Source: Aristaeellaceae bacterium
GTDB lineage: Bacteria > Bacillota > Clostridia > Christensenellales > Aristaeellaceae
Direction: 5' to 3'
DNA: 59,964 bases
Assembly (NCBI GenBank): GCA_051878085.1
Contig: JBJEJN010000068.1
Coordinates: 1 to 59,964, forward strand
The notes under the pieces were generated by a model. The model had not been told where the DNA came from. It made no database searches and was given only the letters and a program-made list of their open reading frames with translations. Numbering within the stretch: position 1 is the first letter of the stretch; every line of letters starts with the position of its first letter. Below, one piece after another: positions 33,764 through 42,498 of the stretch. A program made the translations under genes and the position numbers.

Positions 33764-35203
33764 ATGCCGTTCTTTGAGACTTCCGTGCAGGAAATCAAGT
33801 ACAAGGTGCTCAAAAAGGTTGCCGAGCTGGCCTACGAGGATCAGCTGCTGCCCGAAAACATGCTCAGCATCCCCGAGGAGATCATCCCCGAGGGGAAGCC
33901 CACCATGCGCTGCTGCATCTACAAGGAGCGCGCCATCATCAACCAGCGCGTCTCGGCAGCCATCGGCGGCGGCGGACACAGTCGCCGCAACGTGCGCGTG
34001 CTGCCCATCGCCTGCGATGAATGCCCCATCGACGGCATCCAGGTGACCCACTCCTGCCACGGCTGCATCGCACGCTACTGCGCAAACACCTGCCCCAAGG
34101 GCGCGATCTCCATCGTCAACCTGCGCGCCCAGATCGACAAAACCAAGTGCGTGGAGTGCGGAGCGTGCCTGTCCGCCTGCTCCTACTCCGCCATCGTGCG
34201 CGTGGTGCGCCCCTGCGTGGAGGCCTGCAAGACCCGCGCCATCGAGATCGATCCCGACTCCCGCAAGGCCCGCATCAATGAGGAAAAGTGCGTCTCCTGC
34301 GGCGCGTGCGTGTACCGCTGCCCCTTCGGCGCGATCACCGACGAGTCCTACATCACCGACGTGATCCGCCTGATCCGCGAGTCCGATGACAACCGCAGGT
34401 ACCACGTCTACGCCATCATCGCACCGTCGGTGGCCACCCAGTATCCCAAGCTGCAGGTGGGCCAGCTGGTCACCGCGCTGGTGAAGCTGGGCTTCTACTT
34501 CGTGGCCGAGGCCGCTGAGGGCGCGGATCTCACCGCCTGGCAGGAGTCCGGCGAGCTTGCCGAGAAGGGCTTCCTCACCTCCAGCTGCTGCCCCGCCTTC
34601 GTAAGCTTCGTGGAGCAGGAGTTCCCGAACCTGAAGAACTATGTCTCCCACACCCTCTCCCCCATGGCTGCCATCGCCCAGCGCCTGAAGGAGCGCGATC
34701 CCAGCGCCAAGGTCGTGTTCATCGGCCCCTGCATCGCCAAGAAGAGCGAGGCCATGAACACCCGCGCCGGCGAATTCGTGGATTACAGCCTGACCTTCGA
34801 GGAGATGCAGGCCATGTTCGGCGCAAAGGGCGTGGATCCCGCCGCGTGTGAGAATGCCGACATGCGCAGCGTCTCCCCCTACGGGCGCGGCTTCGCCCGC
34901 TGCGGCGGTCTGGCCGAGGCCGTGCGCGAGGCCCTGAACGAGCGTGGCGTGACCGAGGAGCAGTTCAAACTGGATCCCGCCATCGGCGACGGCCTGGCGG
35001 AGTGCAGGAAGCTCCTGACCATCACCCGCTCCGGCAAGCTCAAGCAGAATTTCATCGAGGGCATGGCCTGCGTGGGCGGCTGCGTGGGCGGTCCGGCAAG
35101 TCTGACGCACAATCCCCGGGCGCTGGCACAGCTGGATCGCCACAAGAAGGAGGCCACCGGAACCATCCAGGCCACGGTGGAGGATCACAGCGGCAACAGC
35201 TGA
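33764..35203 (+). CDS. monomeric [FeFe]-hydrogenase-like protein (H-cluster domain plus N-terminal ferredoxin-type clusters)
   Basis: H-cluster motifs L1 TSSCCPAF, L2 GPCIAKKSEA and L3 EGMACVGGCVGGP. Upstream 4Fe-4S motifs are CVECGACLSAC and CVSCGACVYRCP. The ATG at 33764 follows TAAGGAGGGG. Confidence 0.85.
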   Translation: MPFFETSVQEIKYKVLKKVAELAYEDQLLPENMLSIPEEIIPEGKPTMRCCIYKERAIINQRVSAAIGGGGHSRRNVRVLPIACDECPIDGIQVTHSCHGCIARYCANTCPKGAISIVNLRAQIDKTKCVECGACLSACSYSAIVRVVRPCVEACKTRAIEIDPDSRKARINEEKCVSCGACVYRCPFGAITDESYITDVIRLIRESDDNRRYHVYAIIAPSVATQYPKLQVGQLVTALVKLGFYFVAEAAEGADLTAWQESGELAEKGFLTSSCCPAFVSFVEQEFPNLKNYVSHTLSPMAAIAQRLKERDPSAKVVFIGPCIAKKSEAMNTRAGEFVDYSLTFEEMQAMFGAKGVDPAACENADMRSVSPYGRGFARCGGLAEAVREALNERGVTEEQFKLDPAIGDGLAECRKLLTITRSGKLKQNFIEGMACVGGCVGGPASLTHNPRALAQLDRHKKEATGTIQATVEDHSGNS

Positions 35204-35246
35204 GCAAAAATTTGTACAGTCATCCTCAATTTGCAGCAATTTCCCG

Positions 35247-35275
35247 TTGACAAATTGGGCAGTTCGCGCTAAAAT
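35247..35275 (+). promoter_or_regulatory. sigma-70-type promoter of the CUT1 sugar ABC operon
   Basis: TTGACA-17 nt-TAAAAT. Confidence 0.7.
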
Positions 35276-35337
35276 TACGTTATGGGAATTTCGCCATTCC
35301 CAACAGACATGGCAATTCTGAAAGGAGAACCCCAAGC

Positions 35338-36603
35338 ATGAAGAAGTTCACTTCCCTGATTCTGGCTCTGGCCCTGGTGCTGTCCCTGGCATCCGTCGCC
35401 TGCGCCGAGGAGACCGGCTCCATCTACTACCTCAACTTCAAGCCCGAGGTCGCTGAGGCCTGGGAGGCCCTTGCCGCCGCCTACACCGCTGAGACCGGCG
35501 TCGAGATGACCGTCATCACCGCCGCCTCCGGCACCTACGAGGATACCCTGAAGTCCGAGATCGCCAAGACCGAAGCTCCCACCCTGTTCCATGTCAACGG
35601 CCCCGTGGGTCTGAAGACCTGGAAGGACTACTGCTACGACATGTCCGGCTCCGCCTTCTACGGCGAGCTGACCAGCGACGCATATGCTCTGAAGGACGGC
35701 GACGCTGTTAAGGCTGTTGCTCTGATGGCTGAGAACTACGGCCTGATCACCAACACCGCTCTGCTGGAAAAGGCCGGCTACTCTGTGGCTGACATCACCA
35801 ACTTCGAGACCCTGAAGGCCGTCGCCGAGGACATCACCGCCCGCAAGGACGAGCTGGGCTTCTCTGCCTTCACCTCCGCCGGCATGGATTCCTCCTCTGA
35901 CTGGCGCTTCAAGACCCACCTGGCCAACATGCCCATCTACTACGAGTATCAGGCGGACGGCATCACCTCCACCGATGCCATCAAGGGCACCTATCTGGAC
36001 AACTACAAGGCCATCTGGGATCTGTATATCAACAACGCCACCTGCGAGCCCACCACGCTGGCCGCCAAGACCGGCTCCGACGCCGAGGCTGAGTTCCAGC
36101 TCGAGGAGGCCGTGTTCTTCCAGAACGGCGACTGGGAGTACGGTGCGATCTCCGAGTACATCCCGGACGAGAACCTGACCATGCTGCCCATCTACATCGG
36201 CGTTGAGGGCGAGGAGAACCAGGGCCTGTGCTCCGGCACCGAGAACTTCCTGTGCGTCAACGCCCAGGCTTCCGAGGCCGACATCCAGGCTTCTCTGGAC
36301 TTCCTGTACTGGCTCGTGACCTCCGAGACCGGCACCACCACCCTGGCGGACACCATGGGCTTCGACATCCCCTTCAAGGCCGCCAAGGAATCCACCAACT
36401 ACTTCAAGAAGGTCGCCGCCGAGTCCGTTGCCGCCGGCAAGACCCCTGTGTCTTGGGATTTCACCACCATTCCCTCTGAGACCTGGAAGAACGGCGTTGG
36501 CGCTGCTCTGACCGACTATGCGCAGGGCACCGGTGAGTGGGACGCTGTCGTCACCGCTTTCGTTGACGGCTGGGCGGCCGAGATCGCTGCTGCAAATTCC
36601 TGA
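35338..36603 (+). CDS. carbohydrate ABC transporter substrate-binding lipoprotein (CUT1 family)
   Basis: Signal peptide with lipobox LASVAC and a roughly 420-aa SBP_bac_1-like protein. It is the first gene of a three-gene operon. AAAGGAGAA precedes the ATG. Confidence 0.85.
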   Translation: MKKFTSLILALALVLSLASVACAEETGSIYYLNFKPEVAEAWEALAAAYTAETGVEMTVITAASGTYEDTLKSEIAKTEAPTLFHVNGPVGLKTWKDYCYDMSGSAFYGELTSDAYALKDGDAVKAVALMAENYGLITNTALLEKAGYSVADITNFETLKAVAEDITARKDELGFSAFTSAGMDSSSDWRFKTHLANMPIYYEYQADGITSTDAIKGTYLDNYKAIWDLYINNATCEPTTLAAKTGSDAEAEFQLEEAVFFQNGDWEYGAISEYIPDENLTMLPIYIGVEGEENQGLCSGTENFLCVNAQASEADIQASLDFLYWLVTSETGTTTLADTMGFDIPFKAAKESTNYFKKVAAESVAAGKTPVSWDFTTIPSETWKNGVGAALTDYAQGTGEWDAVVTAFVDGWAAEIAAANS

Positions 36604-36647
36604 TCCACGATCCACGCAGGAACGGTTGATCCCATGAAGGGTTGACC

Positions 36648-36690
36648 GGCAGCGGGATGCGGCGTAAACCGCGCCGCATCCCGCTCTGCC
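36648..36690 (+). other. intercistronic stem-loop after the CUT1 binding-protein gene
   Basis: Sequence ggcagcgggatgcggcg-taaaccg-cgccgcatcccgctctgcc, with no U-tract. Confidence 0.6.
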
Positions 36691-36786
36691 ATTGCTTCAA
36701 CGGCATGCGATATGCGTCCCCGGGTTCATCGGAGGCGGATATGGCCTGCCGGACAAGTGCAGATTGCCACACAGGAGGTTGGTTCT

Positions 36787-37635
36787 ATGGAGAAATCCAT
36801 GCGCAAGTATTGGCCGATTTTCGTGCTGCCAACCATGCTTGCATTCCTGATCGGGTTTTTGATTCCCTTCATCATGGGCATCTATCTCTCGTTCTGCAAT
36901 TTCACAACGGTCACGGACGCGCAGTTTGTGGGACTGGCGAACTACATTCGCATCTTCACCGATCCCAGCTCCAATTTCCTGCATTCGCTGTGGCTCACCT
37001 CGCTGTTCACGGTGGTCAACGTGGTTCTGATCAACGTATTCGGCTTTGTGCTGGCGCTGCTGCTGGTGCGCGGCTTCCGGGGCACCAACCTCTTCCGCAC
37101 GGTGTTCTTCATGCCGAACCTGATCGGCGGCATCGTGCTGGGCTGGATCTGGAACCTGCTGCTGACCGGCATTCTGGACAAGTTCGGGCGCACGCTGGTC
37201 TACTCCGAGGCCTACGGCTTCTGGGGCCTGACGGTGCTGATGCTGTGGCAGCAGGCGGGCTACATGATGATCATCTACATCGCCGGTCTGCAGAGCATCC
37301 CGGACGATCTGATCGAGGCCGCGTCCATCGACGGCGCAACGCCGCTGCAGACGCTGTTCAAGATCAAGATTCCGATGGTCATGCCCTCCATCACCATCTG
37401 CACCTTCCTGACGCTGACCAACTCCTTCAAGCTCTTCGACCAAAACCTGGCGCTGCTGAGCGCGGAGTCCAGCGGCAAGCTCAAGCTGTTGGCGCTGGAC
37501 ATCTATGAGACCTTCTACGGCCGCAACGGCTGGGAGGGCGCAGGTCAGGCGAAGGCCGTGGTCTTTACCATCATCGTGGCCCTGATTGCCATGGTGCAGA
37601 TGCGTCTCACCAATCGCAAGGAGGTGCAGCAGTAA
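36787..37635 (+). CDS. carbohydrate ABC transporter permease (MalF/UgpA-like)
   Basis: Six-TM permease containing an EAA-loop-like segment (IEAASIDGATPLQTLFKIKIPM). The ATG at 36787 follows CAGGAGG. Confidence 0.85.
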   Translation: MEKSMRKYWPIFVLPTMLAFLIGFLIPFIMGIYLSFCNFTTVTDAQFVGLANYIRIFTDPSSNFLHSLWLTSLFTVVNVVLINVFGFVLALLLVRGFRGTNLFRTVFFMPNLIGGIVLGWIWNLLLTGILDKFGRTLVYSEAYGFWGLTVLMLWQQAGYMMIIYIAGLQSIPDDLIEAASIDGATPLQTLFKIKIPMVMPSITICTFLTLTNSFKLFDQNLALLSAESSGKLKLLALDIYETFYGRNGWEGAGQAKAVVFTIIVALIAMVQMRLTNRKEVQQ

Positions 37636-38493
37636 ATGGCCCGCGAAAAGAAAGTGAAAGTCCCGCAGAAGAAGGGCAGCTGGATCCTGACCCTCATCTT
37701 CTCCGTGATCTCCATTGCCTATATCTATCCGCTGCTGCTGGTGCTGATCAACTCCTTCAAGAAGAAGGCCTTCATCAGCCGCATGCCCTTCGCCCTGCCG
37801 AACGCAAAGACCTTCGTCGGCTGGGAGAACTACACCACCGGCCTCACGAAGATCAATTTCTTCGATTCCTTCTTAAACAGCCTGATCATCACGATCCTTT
37901 CCGTGATTCTGATCCTGCTGTGCACCTCCATGTGCGCCTGGTTCATCTGCCGCGTGCGCACGAAGCTCACCCGCGCCGTGTACTACCTCTGCCTGTTCTC
38001 CATGGTCGTGCCCTTCCAGATGGTGATGTTCACCCTCTCCAAGACCGCCGACTACCTGAAGCTGAGCACCCCGTTCACGATCCCGATCGTGTACCTGGGC
38101 TTCGGTGCGGGTCTGGCAGTGTTCATGTTCTGCGGATATATGAAGTCCTGCCCGATTGAAATCGAGGAGAGCGCCATGGTGGACGGCTGCACGCCCCTGC
38201 GCACCTTCTTCTCCATCGTGCTCCCCATCCTCCAGCCCACCTACGTCACCACCGCCATTCTCGAGACCATGTGGATCTGGAACGACTACCTGCTGCCCTA
38301 CCTTGTGCTGAACCTGAAGAAGTACAAGACCATCCCGATCGCCATTCAGTATCTGAAGGGCGGCTACGGCTCGGTGGACATGGGCGCAATGATGGCCATG
38401 CTGGTGCTCTCGATCCTGCCCATCATCTTCCTGTACCTCTTCCTGCAGAAGTACATCATCAAGGGCATGGTCGCCGGCGCGGTCAAGGGCTGA
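37636..38493 (+). CDS. carbohydrate ABC transporter permease (MalG/UgpE-like)
   Basis: EAA loop IEESAMVDGCTPLRTFFSIVLPI. It starts 1 nt after the stop of the preceding permease gene. Confidence 0.85.
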   Translation: MAREKKVKVPQKKGSWILTLIFSVISIAYIYPLLLVLINSFKKKAFISRMPFALPNAKTFVGWENYTTGLTKINFFDSFLNSLIITILSVILILLCTSMCAWFICRVRTKLTRAVYYLCLFSMVVPFQMVMFTLSKTADYLKLSTPFTIPIVYLGFGAGLAVFMFCGYMKSCPIEIEESAMVDGCTPLRTFFSIVLPILQPTYVTTAILETMWIWNDYLLPYLVLNLKKYKTIPIAIQYLKGGYGSVDMGAMMAMLVLSILPIIFLYLFLQKYIIKGMVAGAVKG

Positions 38494-38508
38494 TTCGTAC
38501 AGAATATT

Positions 38509-38543
38509 GGAGCTGCATCATTGCGATGCAGCTCCTTTCTTTG
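38509..38543 (+). terminator. intrinsic terminator of the CUT1 sugar ABC operon
   Basis: An 11-bp perfect stem (ggagctgcatc-attgc-gatgcagctcc) is followed by tttctttg. Confidence 0.8.
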
Positions 38544-38614
38544 TGCCGTTGGGCACAGAAGAGGGGCTGTCTCAATGGGTTTTCCCCCTTTTGAAACAGC
38601 CCCGCAATTGCTAT

Positions 38615-38644
38615 GCGGCGGGGTGAGGGCACCCCGCCCTACGG
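38615..38644 (+). repeat. REP-like GC hairpin repeat, copy 6
   Basis: Sequence gcGGCGGGGTGagggCACCCCGCCctacgg, preceded by a second hairpin (ggggctgtctcaa...ttgaaacagcccc, 38563-38603). Confidence 0.85.
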
Positions 38645-38659
38645 CTTAATAAAAGTTGC

Positions 38660-39202
38660 TTACTTTAGCGCCTTGCCGAAGTCGCAGGCCCGTTCCAGCG
38701 CGTCGATGCTGGCTGCGGCCTCGCCGGGGGCGTTCAGTCCGCCGCAGAACAGTGCGCCGCCGAATTCCGCTCTCTCGAAGCAGTCGATCCAGCCCTGCAG
38801 GCCGCTGACGGCGCGATCGTCGGTGCCCGGCGCGTCCTCTGCCGCCACGGAGAGCAGGTACACCCTGCGGAAGCGGTAGTCCGTGCCGTAGAGCGGGTTC
38901 ATGCGATCCAGCAGGGTCTTCATCTGACCGCTCATCTCGTAGTAATAGATCGGCGTGGCGAACACCAGGATGTCCGCCTGCTTCAGCTTTTCCGCGATTT
39001 CGGCAGCGTCGTCCCTCTGCACGCAGCGCTGGGTTTTGATGCAGCTCAGGCAGCCGATGCAGTATCTGATCTCCTTGCCCTTCAGGCTGATGTGCTCCAC
39101 CGAATGCCCTGCATCCTGTGCACCGGCGATGAGCCGCTCCGTCAGGATATCCGAATTGCTTTTCACGCGCAGGCTGGTGGAGATGACAAGTACGTTACTC
39201 AT
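38660..39202 (-). CDS. iron-sulfur flavoprotein (Isf-like; NADPH-dependent FMN reductase fold)
   Basis: Flavodoxin-like N-terminus VLVISTSLR and a compact cysteine motif CIGCLSCIKTQRC (Cx2Cx2Cx5C), which is characteristic of Isf proteins. Confidence 0.75.
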   Translation of the reverse strand: MSNVLVISTSLRVKSNSDILTERLIAGAQDAGHSVEHISLKGKEIRYCIGCLSCIKTQRCVQRDDAAEIAEKLKQADILVFATPIYYYEMSGQMKTLLDRMNPLYGTDYRFRRVYLLSVAAEDAPGTDDRAVSGLQGWIDCFERAEFGGALFCGGLNAPGEAAASIDALERACDFGKALK

Positions 39203-39226
39203 GGTTTTCCCTCGCTTCCGTGTGTT

Positions 39227-40363
39227 TTACTGTCCCATCCGCCGGGCGAAGTCCGCCAGCGCGTCGGGGATGTGAATCTGCTGCGGACAGACCTGCTCAC
39301 AGCTGTGGCAGCCGATGCAGGCGGAGGGCTGCTGCTCCGCCGGGAGTGCCGACAGGCCCATCGAGGAGATGAACGCGCCGGAGCCCGCCGCCATGGCCTC
39401 GTTGTAGAGGTGCAGCAGGTCGGGGATGGGCAGCTGCTGCGGGCAGTGGCTGACGCAGTAGTGGCAGGCCGTGCAGGGCACCGTGGTGCGGCGGATCATG
39501 TCGTCCGCCACCGAGAGGATCAGCTCCATCTCCTGCGCGCTCAGGGGCTTGCGCTCCGCGAAGGTGGCGAGGTTCTCCTGAAGTTGCTGGAGGTTGCTCA
39601 TGCCGGACAGCGTGACCGTTACCCCCGGCAGGCTCTGCAAAAAGCGGAACGCCCAGGCCGGAGCGCCTTTCTCCGGACGTGCGGCGCGCAGCCGCGCCTC
39701 GTCGGCGGGCTCCAGGCGCGCCAGCTGACCGCCGCGCACCGGCTCCATGACCCACACCGGGATCCCCCACTCCCGCAGCAGCTCCAGCTTGCCCTGCGCA
39801 TTCTGGAACCTCCAGTCGAAGTAGTTCAGCTCGATCTGGCAGAACTCCATGTCCCTGCCGTAGGCCTCCAGGAAGCGGCGCATGGTGGGGATGTCGCCGT
39901 GGGCGGAGAAGCCCAGGTGGCGGATGCGCCCGCTGCGCTTCTGCGCCATCAGGTAGTCGTAGGTGCCGTACTTCGGGTCGAGGTACGCGTCGATGTTCAT
40001 CTCGCAGACGTTGTGGAAGAGGTAGAAGTCGAAGTATTCCACCCGGCAGCGCGCAAGCTGTTCCTCAAGGATCTCCTCGACCTTGCCCATGTTGCCCAGA
40101 TCGTAGCCGGGGAACTTGGACGCGAGATAGAAGCGCTCACGGGGGTACTTTTGCAGCGCCTTGCCCACGACGCGCTCGGAATTGCCGCTGTGATAGCCCC
40201 AGGCGGTGTCGTAGTAATTCACGCCCCGGGCCATGCAGAGATCCAGCATCTCCTCCGCCGCAGCCTCGTCGATCACAGCGTCGTTTCCGTCCACCACGGG
40301 CAGGCGCATGCAGCCCATGCCCAGCGCGGACAGCTTCAAATCCTGAAAGTCATTGTAAATCAC
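39227..40363 (-). CDS. aldo/keto reductase with a C-terminal 2x[4Fe-4S] ferredoxin domain
   Basis: AKR N-terminus LSALGMGCMRLP...YYDTAWGY. C-terminal cluster motifs are CTACHYCVSHCP and CIGCHSCEQVCP. The GTG at 40361-40363 has AAAGGAGGA 7 nt upstream and is preferred over the GTG at 40390 in the ORF track. Confidence 0.8.
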   Translation of the reverse strand: MIYNDFQDLKLSALGMGCMRLPVVDGNDAVIDEAAAEEMLDLCMARGVNYYDTAWGYHSGNSERVVGKALQKYPRERFYLASKFPGYDLGNMGKVEEILEEQLARCRVEYFDFYLFHNVCEMNIDAYLDPKYGTYDYLMAQKRSGRIRHLGFSAHGDIPTMRRFLEAYGRDMEFCQIELNYFDWRFQNAQGKLELLREWGIPVWVMEPVRGGQLARLEPADEARLRAARPEKGAPAWAFRFLQSLPGVTVTLSGMSNLQQLQENLATFAERKPLSAQEMELILSVADDMIRRTTVPCTACHYCVSHCPQQLPIPDLLHLYNEAMAAGSGAFISSMGLSALPAEQQPSACIGCHSCEQVCPQQIHIPDALADFARRMGQ

Positions 40364-40420
40364 GGTTTCGTCCTCCTTTGTGCAGGGCACATGCCCATTC
40401 CTGCGGCCCGCAGCCGGGCG

Positions 40421-40819
40421 TCAGCCCTCCAAATCATCCGCATCCACGTCCCAGCGCAGCACGCCGGTGCGCACCGCCGCGTCGTAGCGGCTGATCTTGA
40501 AGGAGAGCCGGTCGATCTCCGCATCCAGCTGGCGGCGCTGCTCCAGCAGGCCCTCGCGCACCCCCGCAAGCAGGTCGCGCCGCGCGGCCAGCGTTCCATC
40601 TCCGGCCTGATACAGCTGCACATACTCCGCGATGCGCTCCACCGGAACGCCCGCGCTGCGCATGCAGACGGCGTTCTCCACCCAGCCGAGATCCTCCGCA
40701 TCATAGTCCCGAACGCCGCTGGCCGAGCGGTGCACCCGGGGAAGCACGCCGATCTTCTCGTAGTAGCGCAGCGTGTCCGGCGTAAGCCCATAGCGCGCGC
40801 ACACCTGTCGAATGGTCAT
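40421..40819 (-). CDS. MerR-family transcriptional regulator
   Basis: N-terminus MTIRQVCARYGLTPDTLRYYEKIGVLP carries the HTH, followed by a coiled-coil dimerisation helix. The ATG at 40819 follows GAGGAGG. A MerR-type promoter lies immediately upstream. Confidence 0.85.
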   Translation of the reverse strand: MTIRQVCARYGLTPDTLRYYEKIGVLPRVHRSASGVRDYDAEDLGWVENAVCMRSAGVPVERIAEYVQLYQAGDGTLAARRDLLAGVREGLLEQRRQLDAEIDRLSFKISRYDAAVRTGVLRWDVDADDLEG

Positions 40820-40839
40820 GTCCTCGCCTCCTCGAAACC

Positions 40840-40870
40840 AGTATACAGCATGGAGTTCACTCCATGTCAA
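40840..40870 (-). promoter_or_regulatory. MerR-type promoter (19-bp spacer containing a dyad operator)
   Basis: Minus strand reads TTGACA-tggagtgaactccatgctg-TATACT. The spacer is exactly 19 bp. The dyad catggagt-ga-actccatg spans the spacer and the edge of the -35 element. It sits about 20 nt upstream of the merR-family ATG. Confidence 0.75.
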
Positions 40871-40894
40871 GAATAAAGCGTCAAAAAATCACAC

Positions 40895-40922
40895 AAAAGG
40901 GCCGGCAAGTGCCGACCCTTTT
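40895..40922 (-). terminator. intrinsic terminator after deoC (A/T tracts on both sides)
   Basis: Plus strand reads aaaa-gggccggc-aagt-gccgaccc-tttt. On the minus strand the hairpin is followed by ttttgtgtg. Confidence 0.7.
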
Positions 40923-40935
40923 CAGTCTTTCCGCA

Positions 40936-41607
40936 TCAGAACTCCGCGCTCAGATCCTCGATGGACTTCGCCTGCGCGACGAGGCGGCTGGTGCCGAGGC
41001 GCTGCGCGCCCAGCTCGATGAACTTCTTGCCGTCCTCGAAGCCGGAGATGCCGCCCGCTGCCTTGACCTTCTTGCCGCCCGTCATGTGCTTCACCACCAG
41101 CTCCACGTCCTCGAAGGTCGCGCCTGCGGTGGAGAAGCCGGTGGAGGTCTTGATGAAGTCCGCGTCGGAGCGGCTGACCACGTCGCAGAGGGACACGATC
41201 TCGTCCCTGGTCAGCAGGCAGGTCTCGATGATGACCTTCAGCAGCTTGCCGTCGCAGGCCTCCTTCAGGCAGTTGATCTCGCGCAGCACGTCCTCATACT
41301 TGCCGTCCTTCACCCAGCCGATGTTGACGACCATGTCCAGTTCCTCCGCGCCGTTCTTCACCGCGTCGCGAACCTCGAAGGCCTTGCACTCGGTGGTGTT
41401 GGAGCCGTTCGGGAAGCCGATGACGGTGCAGACCGGGATGCGGCCGTTCAGATATTCGGCAGCCTGCTTCACATACGCCGGGGGAATGCAGATGGATGCG
41501 GTGTGATACTTCACCGCGTCGTCGCACAGCTTCTGAATGTCGGCCCAGGTCGCCGTCTGCTTGAGCACGGTGTGGTCAACCTTTGAAAGTACGTCCTGAT
41601 AGGTCAT
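40936..41607 (-). CDS. deoC: deoxyribose-phosphate aldolase
   Basis: Motifs VCTVIGFPNG, Schiff-base lysine region DFIKTSTGF, and KAAGGI. The ATG at 41607 follows GGGAG. Confidence 0.9.
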   Translation of the reverse strand: MTYQDVLSKVDHTVLKQTATWADIQKLCDDAVKYHTASICIPPAYVKQAAEYLNGRIPVCTVIGFPNGSNTTECKAFEVRDAVKNGAEELDMVVNIGWVKDGKYEDVLREINCLKEACDGKLLKVIIETCLLTRDEIVSLCDVVSRSDADFIKTSTGFSTAGATFEDVELVVKHMTGGKKVKAAGGISGFEDGKKFIELGAQRLGTSRLVAQAKSIEDLSAEF

Positions 41608-41679
41608 TTGAATCAATCTCCCTTCCGTTTCTGTCACGGTTTTTCACATCAATCGGCGTGCGCACCGCCGCACAGAAAC

Positions 41680-41708
41680 ATCATAATTCATTCGCCCGCC
41701 GCTGTCAA
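41680..41708 (-). promoter_or_regulatory. sigma-70-type promoter of deoC
   Basis: Minus strand reads TTGACA-17 nt-TATGAT, just downstream of the terminator of the preceding operon. Confidence 0.6.
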
Positions 41709-41731
41709 GCCGGACGGGCACATGCAAATCC

Positions 41732-41792
41732 AAAAAAAGACCAACCGCCGTCCGGAGGTTCGACGACTTTCCTCCGGGATTGCGGCGGTTGG
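41732..41792 (-). terminator. strong intrinsic terminator ending the corrinoid-methyltransferase / ABC operon
   Basis: On the minus strand, a long bipartite stem (ccaaccgccg...cggcggttgg plus ccggagg...cctccgg) is followed by tcttttttt. Confidence 0.8.
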
Positions 41793-41812
41793 CGGAATCA
41801 TTCAAACTGGAA

Positions 41813-42445
41813 TCAGCCCACGAGCTCCTTGGCCTTGATGGCGGCGGAGGCGGCGTCGGGGGTGTAGGCGTCCGCGCCGATCTCGTCGGCGAAGGCCTGG
41901 GTGATGGGAGCGCCGCCGACCATGACCTTGATGTCCTTGCGGAAATCCTGCTGGTTCAGGAGGGCAACTGCGTCGCGCAGCGCGGGCATGGTGGTGGTGA
42001 GCAGCGCGCTCAGGCCCACGATCTTCACGCCGGGGTTCTCCTGCACGGCCTGCACAAACTTCTCGTGGGGAACGTCCACGCCCAGGTCGATGACCTCGAA
42101 GCCGGCGGATTCGATCATCATGGCCACCAGGTTCTTGCCGATGTCGTGCAGGTCGCCCGCGACGGTGCCGATGATCATCTTGCCCATGGCGCCGACCTCG
42201 CCCGCTGCCAGATGGGGCTTGAGCACCTCGACGCCGCGCTTCATGGCCTTGGCAGCCACCAGCATCTCCGGCACGAAGATTTCGTTGTTCTTGAACTTAT
42301 CGCCAACCACGCCCATGGCGTCGATCATGCCGCCCAGGATCTCGTTGGGATCGCAGCCCTCGTCCAGCGCGGCCTGAACTGCGCCCGCTGCCAGCTTTGC
42401 GCGTCCTGCGATGACGATGTTTGCAACTTCCTGAATCTTGCTCAT
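41813..42445 (-). CDS. corrinoid (B12-binding) protein of a methyltransferase system
   Basis: 210 aa with a helical cap domain followed by a Rossmann B12 domain. It carries DxHxxG (GDLHDIGKN), SxL (LSALLTTT) and GG (VMVGGAP) motifs. Confidence 0.9.
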   Translation of the reverse strand: MSKIQEVANIVIAGRAKLAAGAVQAALDEGCDPNEILGGMIDAMGVVGDKFKNNEIFVPEMLVAAKAMKRGVEVLKPHLAAGEVGAMGKMIIGTVAGDLHDIGKNLVAMMIESAGFEVIDLGVDVPHEKFVQAVQENPGVKIVGLSALLTTTMPALRDAVALLNQQDFRKDIKVMVGGAPITQAFADEIGADAYTPDAASAAIKAKELVG

Positions 42446-42498
42446 TTTATGTTCCTCCTTAGCTGAAGTCCTCTGTCAATTTTCTTCCTGCTTCGTTC

